Shown: positions 10,365-22,473 of the stretch, piece by piece
Numbering within the stretch: the first letter of the stretch is position 1
Layout of the letters: each line of letters begins with the position of its first letter
NCBI GenBank assembly: GCA_964507125.1
Contig: CAZDOT010000001.1
Span: 47,559 to 111,558 of the forward strand
DNA length: 64,000 nt
Reading direction: 5' to 3'
Source of the DNA: an uncultured Chitinophagales bacterium
Lineage (GTDB): Bacteria; Bacteroidota; Bacteroidia; Chitinophagales; JADIYW01
Made by a program: the position numbers and the translations under genes
The notes under the pieces: generated by a model
Database searches by the model: none
What the model saw: only the letters and a program-made list of their open reading frames with translations
Told to the model about the DNA's origin: nothing

Positions 10365-11978
10365 TCAATCTGCGTTTTTAACGATTTCATTTATTAAGTT
10401 AGATTTTGTTATCGCAGACGCAGTCAGCACACCACTCATCAAAGCACCACCAATGCCTACAGTTACGATGTCTTGCCCCGTAAGAAACAAATTTTTTATA
10501 GATGTTTGTGGTTTTAAAAAATCTTTTTCAAAGCGCGATGGTTGATGATCAAGACCATAAATTTCACCATGCAAATAATTACAAAAATGCTTGGTAGTAA
10601 TTGGTGTAGATAATTCATACGTATCTATTTTACCTTTTACTTGTGGTTCGTATTTATATAAATGAGCTAATAGACGTTGTGCAAATGCTTCTTTAAGTGT
10701 ATCGTAATTTTCACCGCGTTTTTTCCAGCGTGTATTTTCCCATTCTTTAAACCAATCATAATTAGCCAAAGTAATAATTTCGATAGTAGAACGTCCGGGA
10801 TATTTTTCTTCAAATTTTGGATTTTTAGATGCCGGAAATGAGATATATACTACCGGAAATTCATTGGAATTATCTGCTAAAAAATCTTCAATTGCTTTAT
10901 CATAATTATTTCCATTCGGATAAATCCAATAATTGGCTTTTGGCAAATGGAGTTCCGCAGCCGTATGCTTTAATCCGATATACAAACTTAAATGACCTAC
11001 ACTTTGTGGCAAAGCTTTTGCTTCTTCTAAATATTTTATTTTGGGTTGGTGGGCTGCCGCAATTAACTGATGGAACGTAATGTGCACGCCGGCACCACTC
11101 ACCACAATGTCGCTTTTAATTATTTTTCCATCTTGCATCACCACGCCTTTGGCAACACCATTCTCTATTAAAATTTCTTTTACCGCAGCTCCAACAACAA
11201 TTGCACCACCGGCATTTAGTATGCTTGGTGCAATGGTATTAAAAATTTCTTCTGAACCACCAACAGGATAAAATCCACCATTCATATAATGCAGTGCCAC
11301 CGCTGCATGAATTACAAAACTACTTTGCGAAGGCGGCATTCCGTAATCACCAAATTGTGCAGACAATACGGCTTTCAACTCGTCATTATCCGACAACTCA
11401 TCTAATACTTGTTGTGTTGTTTTATTGGCATATTGTTCATACGCTTTATTCATAAACGGCGATGAGATAAATCGTACAAAATCCGGCAATACTTTTTTGG
11501 TATAAAAATCTTTGGAAGCTTTATTGACTGCAAACAAAAGTTCCACATATTTATCAATAGAATGTGCGTCTTTTTCTGTCGGGAAATAGGTTTTCATTGC
11601 CGATTTCCAAGCCGTCAATCCTTTTCGATATTCATATACTCTATCTTCAATAATTACTTTATCATACACTTCGCCCATGTCTGCCCATTTCAAATTTTTA
11701 TCGGTTATATGCTCAAACACAACACGCAACAACGAGCCTTTTCTATCCATATCACCAACATAATGCAAGCCAACATCCCATTCATAATCATTGCGTGTAA
11801 ATACATGCGTAAATCCGCCTGGTGTAGTATGTTTTTCACATACCAACACTTTTTTTCCTTTTCTTGCCAATAACGATGCCGTAGTTAAACTACCCAAACC
11901 GGAGCCAACACAAATCACATCGTAATGTTCGGCTAAATTATTTTTTTGTTTGTATGATTGGAAAAGTTTTTCACTCAT
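10365..11978 (-). CDS. FAD-dependent oxidoreductase, phytoene desaturase (CrtI)/retinol saturase-like family
   Basis: N-terminal dinucleotide fold YDVICVGSGLGSLTTASLLARKGKKVLVCEKHTTPGG and C-terminal TGQDIVTVGIGGALMSG. The length of about 537 aa fits this family. Confidence 0.7.
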   Translation of the reverse strand: MSEKLFQSYKQKNNLAEHYDVICVGSGLGSLTTASLLARKGKKVLVCEKHTTPGGFTHVFTRNDYEWDVGLHYVGDMDRKGSLLRVVFEHITDKNLKWADMGEVYDKVIIEDRVYEYRKGLTAWKSAMKTYFPTEKDAHSIDKYVELLFAVNKASKDFYTKKVLPDFVRFISSPFMNKAYEQYANKTTQQVLDELSDNDELKAVLSAQFGDYGMPPSQSSFVIHAAVALHYMNGGFYPVGGSEEIFNTIAPSILNAGGAIVVGAAVKEILIENGVAKGVVMQDGKIIKSDIVVSGAGVHITFHQLIAAAHQPKIKYLEEAKALPQSVGHLSLYIGLKHTAAELHLPKANYWIYPNGNNYDKAIEDFLADNSNEFPVVYISFPASKNPKFEEKYPGRSTIEIITLANYDWFKEWENTRWKKRGENYDTLKEAFAQRLLAHLYKYEPQVKGKIDTYELSTPITTKHFCNYLHGEIYGLDHQPSRFEKDFLKPQTSIKNLFLTGQDIVTVGIGGALMSGVLTASAITKSNLINEIVKNAD

Positions 11979-12046
11979 AAGAATTTTATTTAGTTGGTTT
12001 TTGAAGATAAATAGCTTATTAAAAAATAAAAGAAAAATGAAAAATT

Positions 12047-12811
12047 TTAGGATTGAATTCTGTTTTCAAAATCCTCTAATACTTTCGTTTTAATATGTAC
12101 ATGCAAAGTAGAAATTACACGCAATGTGCGTTGTACTTCTTTAGGCGAAAGATGCGAAAATACTGCCAGCACTTCTTCTTCTAATCCGTTGGTATATGCC
12201 ACTGTTATTATCTTATTGATTTTATCATCAGGAAATCCTTCAACTATTCTTGCTATATAAGCTTTATTTTCTACATAAGTAGTTATCCGTATTAAATCTT
12301 CTTCTTTATAAATTACTTTAGATAGTTCTAATAATTTTGAAATTTCTAACACATCTACAAAGCCGGCTGCTGTTAGATATTTTTTGTTTTTAATTAATTC
12401 GGTGGTTACTTTCTTTAATAAATCAATCGGAATTTGACTAATCAAATTTTGTGCTTTTTCCGGTGTCATATACTCTGAAACATTAGCTAAAAAAGGAGTG
12501 CTCAAGTGTTTCATTATAGCAATGGCATCTTTCACCGGCATATAATAACTCATGTTGGCTGTTATTAACGCACCTAATACGGTTTCTGCTACTTTCGCAT
12601 TCATGTAATTAGGGAAAAATTTGGAGACACCTGTTAATCGTTTCCAAATATCTGTTTGCGTAAATTGTGATACATCTATTATTTTTAATCGTAATTGATG
12701 AATTTCCTCTTTGTTTAGTTTATCTAAAAAAGTAAGTGTACCGTCTTCCTCTGATTGAAGAATATGTAATAATTTCTGCAATTCTGCTTGTTTCTCATTT
12801 TGCTGACTCAT
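12047..12811 (-). CDS. Hypothetical all-helical cytoplasmic protein
   Basis: Long ORF. The start is set at ATG 12811 (MSQQNEKQ) rather than the ORF-track start 12898, which would overlap the divergent gene's promoter and start. No recognisable motifs. Confidence 0.55.
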   Translation of the reverse strand: MSQQNEKQAELQKLLHILQSEEDGTLTFLDKLNKEEIHQLRLKIIDVSQFTQTDIWKRLTGVSKFFPNYMNAKVAETVLGALITANMSYYMPVKDAIAIMKHLSTPFLANVSEYMTPEKAQNLISQIPIDLLKKVTTELIKNKKYLTAAGFVDVLEISKLLELSKVIYKEEDLIRITTYVENKAYIARIVEGFPDDKINKIITVAYTNGLEEEVLAVFSHLSPKEVQRTLRVISTLHVHIKTKVLEDFENRIQS

Positions 12812-12844
12812 ACTATAAATATAAAAAATTGAAAGTATAAATCG

Positions 12845-12852
12845 TAACTTTG
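12845..12852 (+). promoter_or_regulatory. -7 promoter box (TAACTTTG) 4 nt upstream of the GTG start of the THUMP methyltransferase
   Basis: TAnnTTTG match; the GTG is at 12857. Confidence 0.4.
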
Positions 12853-12856
12853 TAAA

Positions 12857-14044
12857 GTGAACATTTTTGAAACCAAAATTATCTGCAAAACATTCCAAGG
12901 TTTAGAGCAGGTTTTAGCTGATGAACTACAAGCATTGAATGCTCAAAACATTCATGTTATTAAGCGTGCCGTTGTGTGCGATTATAATTTGGAATTGCTG
13001 TATCGATGCAATTTAGAATTACGTACTTGCTTGAAAGTATTAGTGCCTGTTTTTGAATTTGAATCCAATTCACCGGAAGATTTATACAACTTTGCTAGTC
13101 GTATTAGCTGGGAAGATTTTTTCGATATCGACCAAAGTTTTGCTATCGACTTTACCATCCAATCCGAATATTTTAAACATTCGCAGTTTGCTTCTTTAAA
13201 ATTAAAAGATGCCATTTGCGATCGATTTAGAAATTTGCATAAAGGAAAAAGACCAGACGTAAATACGGAAAAACCGGATATCCTTTTCAATCTACATATT
13301 TATAGAAATCAAGTAACTGTTTCCTTAGATAGTTCCGGAACTTCTTTGCATCAACGAGGCAACCGCATTGAACAAACAATTGCACCTATCAATGAAGTAT
13401 TGGCTGCCGGATTAATTAAATTAAGCAAATGGGACAAACAATCTCATTTTATAGATGCCATGTGCGGTAGCGGAACTATAGTATTAGAAGCGGCCTCGAT
13501 GGCAATAAATAAAGCTCCTAATTTAGACAGAAACTATTTTTGTTTTAAGCAATGGAAAAACTACGACAAAAGTTTATATAACGATATCTGCACAGCATTA
13601 GAACAAAAAATAACAGCATTTCCGTATAAAATTATTGGCTCAGACAATAGCAAAAAGTCCATTTTTACCGCACAAAATAATGTCAAAAAATCCAAATATA
13701 ATTCTATTATTGAAATTCGGGAAGTCAGCATTCAAAAAGTGATCCCACCAATGGGAAAAGGCACATTAATCATTAATCCGCCTTATGGTGAGCGTTTGCA
13801 AACGCATGAAATTGACAGGCTTTACAAACAAATTGGCACTGCCTTTAAAGAACACTTTACCGGATACACTTGTGGTGTTATTTCCAGTGATATGGAAGCA
13901 CTTAAAAATATTGGTTTAAAACCATCTAAAAAATACGCTTTGATAAATGGAAAATTAGATTGTATTTTCAACCTATATGAGATGTATGAAGGTAGTAAAC
14001 GAAAACCAAAAACTACAAATCAAGAGGCATCTCCTAACGAATAA
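12857..14044 (+). CDS. THUMP-domain class I SAM-dependent RNA methyltransferase (RlmL/RlmK-like, COG0116 type)
   Basis: N-terminal THUMP-like region, SAM-binding FIDAMCGSGTIVLEA, and catalytic IINPPYGERL (NPPY-type motif). GTG start. Confidence 0.8.
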   Translation: MNIFETKIICKTFQGLEQVLADELQALNAQNIHVIKRAVVCDYNLELLYRCNLELRTCLKVLVPVFEFESNSPEDLYNFASRISWEDFFDIDQSFAIDFTIQSEYFKHSQFASLKLKDAICDRFRNLHKGKRPDVNTEKPDILFNLHIYRNQVTVSLDSSGTSLHQRGNRIEQTIAPINEVLAAGLIKLSKWDKQSHFIDAMCGSGTIVLEAASMAINKAPNLDRNYFCFKQWKNYDKSLYNDICTALEQKITAFPYKIIGSDNSKKSIFTAQNNVKKSKYNSIIEIREVSIQKVIPPMGKGTLIINPPYGERLQTHEIDRLYKQIGTAFKEHFTGYTCGVISSDMEALKNIGLKPSKKYALINGKLDCIFNLYEMYEGSKRKPKTTNQEASPNE

Positions 14045-14053
14045 CTGTAACCA

Positions 14054-14665
14054 ATGAAACGAATAATTAAAATAGGTATAATTTGTTGCACACTAATTTT
14101 TGTAAGTGTTTCTTGTAATTTTTTCAATGAAAAAGAAGATGAAATTGAAGTACCCAAAGGTGTTACCTATGAGCAACTCAAAGAAGCTCGATATAAATAC
14201 AAAATAGAAAAAGCATATAAAGATCAACATCTTTTTCAAAACAAAACCAATGCTGCCATTATAACATTGTTTGATGTCATTAAATACAATATCAAAGATG
14301 AAAAAGGAGGTTTTGGAGATGGCGTAAACTACTATATTTTTGATATTGGAATTGATAATCCAAGTAACAACACTTTTAATGCTGCAGCATTTACCAATAG
14401 TTGTTATTTAGGAAATGAAGATCCTACTTATCGTTATCCAAAACAACTTTCTGCTTTAAAAATATATTATATCCAAACAGACTCTTCTGCAATTGACACA
14501 AGCTATATGAATCGATTTTTAAATGAAGCCATGCCCAGTAGAGATTTTATCCGAGCGAAGTTATTTGCATTTGAAGTATTAGACGAAGACAAACATCCAT
14601 TATTCTTCCGTTACAAAATAGGAAATCAAGATTTTGGACATAAAATCAGGGACGAACAGTATTAA
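14054..14665 (+). CDS. Hypothetical lipoprotein
   Basis: Signal peptide with a lipobox-like cysteine (IFVSVSCNFF). No other recognisable motif. Confidence 0.55.
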   Translation: MKRIIKIGIICCTLIFVSVSCNFFNEKEDEIEVPKGVTYEQLKEARYKYKIEKAYKDQHLFQNKTNAAIITLFDVIKYNIKDEKGGFGDGVNYYIFDIGIDNPSNNTFNAAAFTNSCYLGNEDPTYRYPKQLSALKIYYIQTDSSAIDTSYMNRFLNEAMPSRDFIRAKLFAFEVLDEDKHPLFFRYKIGNQDFGHKIRDEQY

Positions 14666-14731
14666 TTTTTGTTCACAATCGAATTTAAAAATGGAAATAT
14701 TCGAATTATGGCTTAACTTTACAATCCATAA

Positions 14732-16339
<1,608 letters not shown>

Positions 16340-16442
16340 TAATATTACTATATCTTATTCTACCACGAAATGGGTATTTAAATGATTTTATTTTTGAATT
16401 AATTTCAAAGTATTAATTTATTCAAAAACTAAAATCTACACA

Positions 16443-17129
16443 ATGAAAAACAGCTTATTATTATGCTTGATGGCAACGCTATTCATGGTTGCTTGCAAAC
16501 CTAAATCATCCGAAGAAACAACACCTGAAGAAACAACAAATAGTACGACTAGTGACTCCACAGAGAGTGTCCATAATCCATCGGTACAATCGTGGATGAG
16601 TTGGGAAGGCGGTGTTGATGTGGCTGCAGTTACTGACACGAGTTTTAAAATGCCCAATGTAATCGTACACGTTGCTCGAATGGTTAATACTCCGGTTGGA
16701 AATGCGCCAAGCGGAATGATATTATACCAACCGGATGCCACCAAACCACCTGTTGTAATGGGCTTTGTAAGCACAGACAAAAAAGTAGGCACCTATTTTG
16801 GACCTAAAATATTTGCCGGAACGCCGTTTGAAAAAGCTCCGGTATTAGAAGCTACTTTTGATATTCAATATACCAACGATAAAGCAACGGCAAAAATTAC
16901 GACCAGCGGCCACGTATTTGAAGTAGAAATGACAGAAATTGGTGCACCGTATTTAATCAATAGAGCACCGACACTGATGCCTCCTTTTCATCAACAAGGT
17001 GTAGAATGTGCCGTTGGCAAAGTAAGTTTGAAAGTAGATGGAAAAGCAGTAAATATAATAGTTCCACCTGTTGGAATTACCGGCGGACCGGGTGCGGTTG
17101 TTTCTCCAAATGGTGTATATGCACGATAA
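16443..17129 (+). CDS. Hypothetical lipoprotein with a Ser/Thr/Glu-rich linker
   Basis: Lipoprotein signal LFMVACKPKS, then a low-complexity linker (SSEETTPEETTNSTTSDSTES), then a beta-rich domain with no recognised motif. Confidence 0.6.
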   Translation: MKNSLLLCLMATLFMVACKPKSSEETTPEETTNSTTSDSTESVHNPSVQSWMSWEGGVDVAAVTDTSFKMPNVIVHVARMVNTPVGNAPSGMILYQPDATKPPVVMGFVSTDKKVGTYFGPKIFAGTPFEKAPVLEATFDIQYTNDKATAKITTSGHVFEVEMTEIGAPYLINRAPTLMPPFHQQGVECAVGKVSLKVDGKAVNIIVPPVGITGGPGAVVSPNGVYAR

Positions 17130-17144
17130 CATAATTAATTCATA

Positions 17145-17186
17145 AAAATAAAAATGGCTGTCTCGATGGACAGCCATTTATATTTC
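17145..17186. terminator. Bidirectional rho-independent terminator between convergent genes
   Basis: 11-bp perfect stem AAATGGCTGTC / GACAGCCATTT with loop TCGATG. A-rich upstream and T-rich downstream. Confidence 0.65.
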
Positions 17187-17197
17187 ATTATACCAAC

Positions 17198-18190
17198 TTA
17201 TAAAGTAACATAAAATTTTCCTAAACGAGCTTCAATTCTTTCTTTAAGAAAGCCATCTTTAATCGCAACTTCCACATAAGGTGCCAAGAATTCTTCCGCT
17301 TCTTTAATTACAACTTTCTCTGTGATGTCGTTATCTTCCAAAATTTGAACGATAGATTTCTCTGCAGAATGTTCGAAGAAATGATTTAATACATGTTCAT
17401 TCAAGTCGGCAACTGCTTCTGTTTGTATCGCTAAATGTACTGCATTTTCTACCGATGCTAAAATAGCGCTTCTATCTTTATCGGATAATTTCACATCTTT
17501 TGCTATCTCTTTTACTTTTGTTTCTTCTAATTTTTTCCAAATACCTTTTGACATTTTACGCAACTGAGCGTCGTTTAATTTATCTTTTAAGGTTTGCTCA
17601 CTTTTCGCAATTGTTTTTTGCAAATTATCAGCAATAAATTTTCGGATATTTTTATCAATCGTGTCAGAAACACCAGATAATGCTGCACCCAACAAGCCTT
17701 TTCCTATATTAAACAAAGAACCACCTACAGATTCATTGCTTGGACCACTTTGTGCTGCAAATGATTTTATACCATCATATAAAGTATCTGCAAGCATTTC
17801 ACCATAGAATGGATTATGCACGATATCGCGAATAATTTTCTCACGTATTTCACGTTGTTCTATAATTTTGTCAGCGATATCATCAAACGATTCTTTATCT
17901 AAGAAATCAGCAACGGTGTGTTTACTTTTTAATGCTAATTGATGTATAGAATTTGATAAATCAACTATATATTCTTTTTGGTGTTTGGTTAACTTTCTAT
18001 TTTTGATATTGCGTTCTTGAAATTCAATCACCTCTTCAACGGAAGCAACTTGATTTAATTTAACGGTATCTAACCATTTCCACGCTACACTAATTTCTTC
18101 TTTAATATTAGCTTTCAGGTGTTTCTTGTCAAATTGTTGTAATTCAAATGCGACATGTGCATCGTATATTTTTTTTATTTCCGCTTTCAT
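17198..18190 (-). CDS. Hypothetical helical protein with a central Gly-rich amphipathic segment
   Basis: 330-codon ORF with an ATG start and a K/E-rich helical composition. The central segment is SGPSNESVGGSLFNIGKGLLGAALSGVSD. No recognisable family. Confidence 0.6.
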   Translation of the reverse strand: MKAEIKKIYDAHVAFELQQFDKKHLKANIKEEISVAWKWLDTVKLNQVASVEEVIEFQERNIKNRKLTKHQKEYIVDLSNSIHQLALKSKHTVADFLDKESFDDIADKIIEQREIREKIIRDIVHNPFYGEMLADTLYDGIKSFAAQSGPSNESVGGSLFNIGKGLLGAALSGVSDTIDKNIRKFIADNLQKTIAKSEQTLKDKLNDAQLRKMSKGIWKKLEETKVKEIAKDVKLSDKDRSAILASVENAVHLAIQTEAVADLNEHVLNHFFEHSAEKSIVQILEDNDITEKVVIKEAEEFLAPYVEVAIKDGFLKERIEARLGKFYVTL

Positions 18191-18343
18191 TTATATTGAT
18201 TTGTTGAACGAAAATAAGATTAATTTTCTTAGAAATTATTATCACGACAAAAATAAAAAACGGATAATAACGGCAATTTATCGTTGGAAAAGTCTAAAAC
18301 ATAAAAATATCTTTGAAAATAGTAAACTATTTTTGAATAGATA

Positions 18344-18378
18344 TAAAAAAAGAAAGTCCCGAATACTCGGGACTTTCT
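18344..18378 (-). terminator. Rho-independent terminator of small lipoprotein gene A
   Basis: 12-bp perfect stem AGAAAGTCCCGA / TCGGGACTTTCT with loop ATAC. Followed by TTTTTTT on the minus strand. Confidence 0.7.
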
Positions 18379-18397
18379 CTGGTTTGCTTTCGAAAAA

Positions 18398-18658
18398 TTA
18401 TTTTTTGATAGCATCTTTAGCAGCGTCAGCAGCTTTATCTACTGCACCAGCAGCAGCGTCTTTAGCAGCATCTACTACAGTACCAGCAGCAGCAGCAGTA
18501 GAATCTGCAGCAGCAGTAGCTGTTTCAGTTACCGCTTCGCCAACGGCTTCAGTTGCTTCAGTTACTTCTTCAGTAGCTTCTTCGGTTGCTTGGTTTTTGC
18601 AAGCTTGAACACCTACGAAAAGTGTTGCAGCTGCGAACAATACAAATAATTTTTTCAT
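18398..18658 (-). CDS. Small Ala/Thr/Glu-rich lipoprotein, paralog A (86 aa)
   Basis: Classical lipoprotein signal MKKLFVLFAAATLFVGVQAC, with its own -7 box and terminator. The mature part is low complexity (ATEEATEEVTEATEAV...DAAKDAAAGAVDKAADAAKDAIKK). Confidence 0.7.
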   Translation of the reverse strand: MKKLFVLFAAATLFVGVQACKNQATEEATEEVTEATEAVGEAVTETATAAADSTAAAAGTVVDAAKDAAAGAVDKAADAAKDAIKK

Positions 18659-18679
18659 TTTAAATTGGTTTAGTTAATA

Positions 18680-18687
18680 CAAAAATA
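18680..18687 (-). promoter_or_regulatory. -7 promoter box (TATTTTTG on minus strand) for lipoprotein gene A
   Basis: TAnnTTTG match 21 nt upstream of the ATG at 18658. Confidence 0.45.
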
Positions 18688-18734
18688 AAGTATTTGAGTA
18701 AAAATCCAAGTAACAATTTGTTAAAATTTGTCAA

Positions 18735-18763
18735 CAAAAAAAGGCTTCCTTTCGGAAGCCTTT
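18735..18763 (-). terminator. Rho-independent terminator of small lipoprotein gene B
   Basis: AAGGCTTCC-TTTC-GGAAGCCTT hairpin followed by a T-run on the minus strand. Confidence 0.7.
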
Positions 18764-18782
18764 ATAATCTGGTTTCAACCGA

Positions 18783-18974
18783 TTATTTTGCAGCAGCTGT
18801 ATCAGCAGCAGGTGCAGCAGCAGAATCAACAACAGCAGTTGTAGAATCAGCAGGAACTTCAGTTGTAACTTCAGTTGTTTCTTCAGTAGCAGCTTCTTCA
18901 GTTGCTTGGTTTTTGCAAGCTTGAACACCTACGAAAAGTGTAGCAGCTGCGAACAATACGAATAATTTTTTCAT
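18783..18974 (-). CDS. Small Ala/Thr/Glu-rich lipoprotein, paralog B (63 aa)
   Basis: Start set at ATG 18974 (MKKLFVLFAAATLFVGVQACKNQATEEA...). The first 24+ residues are identical to paralog A. It has its own -7 box (18998..19005) and terminator. Confidence 0.7.
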   Translation of the reverse strand: MKKLFVLFAAATLFVGVQACKNQATEEAATEETTEVTTEVPADSTTAVVDSAAAPAADTAAAK

Positions 18975-18997
18975 TTTACTTTGGTTTAATTTGAAAG

Positions 18998-19005
18998 CAA
19001 AAATA
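18998..19005 (-). promoter_or_regulatory. -7 promoter box (TATTTTTG on minus strand) for lipoprotein gene B
   Basis: TAnnTTTG match 23 nt upstream of the ATG at 18974. Confidence 0.45.
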
Positions 19006-19074
19006 AAGCAGAAAGTCGGATTATTCACTTATTCAATTTTAACAAATCTATAATTGTGTGTTTATTAATTAACA

Positions 19075-20604
<1,530 letters not shown>

Positions 20605-20628
20605 TTAGAACTGCCATTATGCTTTTTA

Positions 20629-22347
20629 TCAGAAATCGTACCGTCTGTACGGAATACTCCAACGCAAACTTAAATTCAAGAAATGTGTCTGCATATTACG
20701 TGCCATCTCTTGGCTTTTCTTTTTGCGATACACATACGTTAAATCAATGAAGACATTGTGCCAAGGTTCATAGGTTGCAATAAAATCAACATAAAATGTT
20801 TTGGATTTTACGCCTTGTCCTGTAGTGTTTCCAAATTCTCTTTCAAATGTACCATACACTTTAAGCGGATTTCCACCCCAATTGGTGGTATCATCATCCT
20901 CGCCTTTATTAGCATAAATAAAACGAGAGGAAAAATAAAATTGTTGGATTGGTTGGTATTTGACTTGGAAAATAATTTCTTTAAAATTAGCACCTAACGG
21001 ATGTGCCAAAGGTTGGTTGTAGTGCGTCCAAGATGTTACCGTGTCATAATGTGAATACGTGTAAGGACGAGCCATATTAGCTTCTAATTGCAAGTCGAGA
21101 TGATCAACACCAAAGGCATCGATATATTTAATACCTAACTGTGCAGCGAACTTATTGCCCCACCATTTTCTTGGATGGAACAAACTATATATTTTGCTTT
21201 TTCCGGGTGTGCTAAATTCTTTACTAAAATTAAATTCATCCAACAAGAATTGAGAATAAATTTGAACATGTTTCGGAATATTGATTTTAAAATCAAATCC
21301 TATAAAAGCATTATCCGGAGAGCCTAATGCTTGCTCGATAGAACGATAGAAAATAACAGGATTCAGATACTGTAATTCAAATGTGTTTTCACGACGAAAC
21401 ATCACGCTTTCAAAAATACCAATGTTTACATTTTTGGTAAGATTGATACTTAGATGATGCATGGCCATATATTTTTTAGTCAACAATCTATCAGCACCTC
21501 TTGGATAATATTTTGTCAACTCAGCAAAAATATTTTGGTAATTAAATTTCCATACATTGGTATTTAATTTCAAGAACATGTAGTTTGCGCCAAAGTCGGA
21601 TAAAAACATAGAGCGAATGCCATCACCAATAAAATTATTATCATAACCAAACTGCATGTGAAAATGCTTACTTGGCGAAATCGTTACATATCCTTTTGCT
21701 AAGAAATAATCATAACCACCTCTTTTATATTCTTTCCAATAACCTGCACCCGGCGGTGTTTTCGATTGGTCGATATAGTTTTCAATATAGTTTGGAAAAT
21801 TGCCTTGCTCTGATAAAAACATTGCATAAAAACCAAAAATATCATCCACCTGACCTCTAATCTCAAATCCTTTAGAAGTTAGATATTTGAATTTATCTTT
21901 CTTTGTTCCGGGTTCATCTTTAAACGAACCACCTAATCGGATTTGAATTGCCGGATCAACAGAGATAGCAAAGTGTGGTACTTTTGCACTAATAAGGTGT
22001 GCCGGATGTTTATACAAAAACTTCAATTTAGGATTTTCATTTATTTCTGTATGTTCATCGTCGAATTCAAAATTATCTTTATAGATATAGCTGATGTTTT
22101 CGTTATCTATTTTCGTCAAATCATCAGAATCCATATCACTTAAAGAATCGATTCCGTTGATATAATCTACAACCATTTTTCTATCATACGGACGGTTTGC
22201 TGTATGAAATCCTTTTACTAAACCCGTTTTAATTTCCAATCGTTGCAAGTAATAATTCGACTCTGAACCGATTGGAATATAAGTACCTTGAGCAGATAGG
22301 ATAAATGTTGAAAATAAAAGGCAAAACGTAATAAGTTGTTTTCTCAT
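20629..22347 (-). CDS. Putative outer-membrane beta-barrel protein (possibly capsule-assembly Wzi-like)
   Basis: Signal peptide (LLFSTFILSAQG), alternating aromatic beta-strand pattern throughout, and a C-terminal aromatic residue (...YRRYDF). The Wzi-like call is a weak recollection based on the N-terminal YYLQRLEIKTG...RPYDRKMV motif. Confidence 0.55.
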   Translation of the reverse strand: MRKQLITFCLLFSTFILSAQGTYIPIGSESNYYLQRLEIKTGLVKGFHTANRPYDRKMVVDYINGIDSLSDMDSDDLTKIDNENISYIYKDNFEFDDEHTEINENPKLKFLYKHPAHLISAKVPHFAISVDPAIQIRLGGSFKDEPGTKKDKFKYLTSKGFEIRGQVDDIFGFYAMFLSEQGNFPNYIENYIDQSKTPPGAGYWKEYKRGGYDYFLAKGYVTISPSKHFHMQFGYDNNFIGDGIRSMFLSDFGANYMFLKLNTNVWKFNYQNIFAELTKYYPRGADRLLTKKYMAMHHLSINLTKNVNIGIFESVMFRRENTFELQYLNPVIFYRSIEQALGSPDNAFIGFDFKINIPKHVQIYSQFLLDEFNFSKEFSTPGKSKIYSLFHPRKWWGNKFAAQLGIKYIDAFGVDHLDLQLEANMARPYTYSHYDTVTSWTHYNQPLAHPLGANFKEIIFQVKYQPIQQFYFSSRFIYANKGEDDDTTNWGGNPLKVYGTFEREFGNTTGQGVKSKTFYVDFIATYEPWHNVFIDLTYVYRKKKSQEMARNMQTHFLNLSLRWSIPYRRYDF

Positions 22348-22473
22348 TCTAAAGTGGCGTAATTCGTTGTAAATATAAGGAAATGCAGTTAAATTAAAAC
22401 ATTTTTAGCAAATACATGCTTCATATTTTATCTTGTTAGTATATTGTGTATTATTAAACTTAAAAATCAATAT

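Noticed and set aside
18126-18608. 160-codon plus-strand ORF with an Ala/Ser-rich tail, plus the ORFs 18694..18924 (+) and 18731..18928 (-)
   Set aside because: These are mirror or alternate frames of the Ala/Thr/Glu-rich lipoprotein genes, whose GC-rich repetitive codons stay open in several frames. The minus-strand frames chosen have textbook lipoprotein signal peptides, -7 boxes and terminators in the correct orientation. These alternatives have none.
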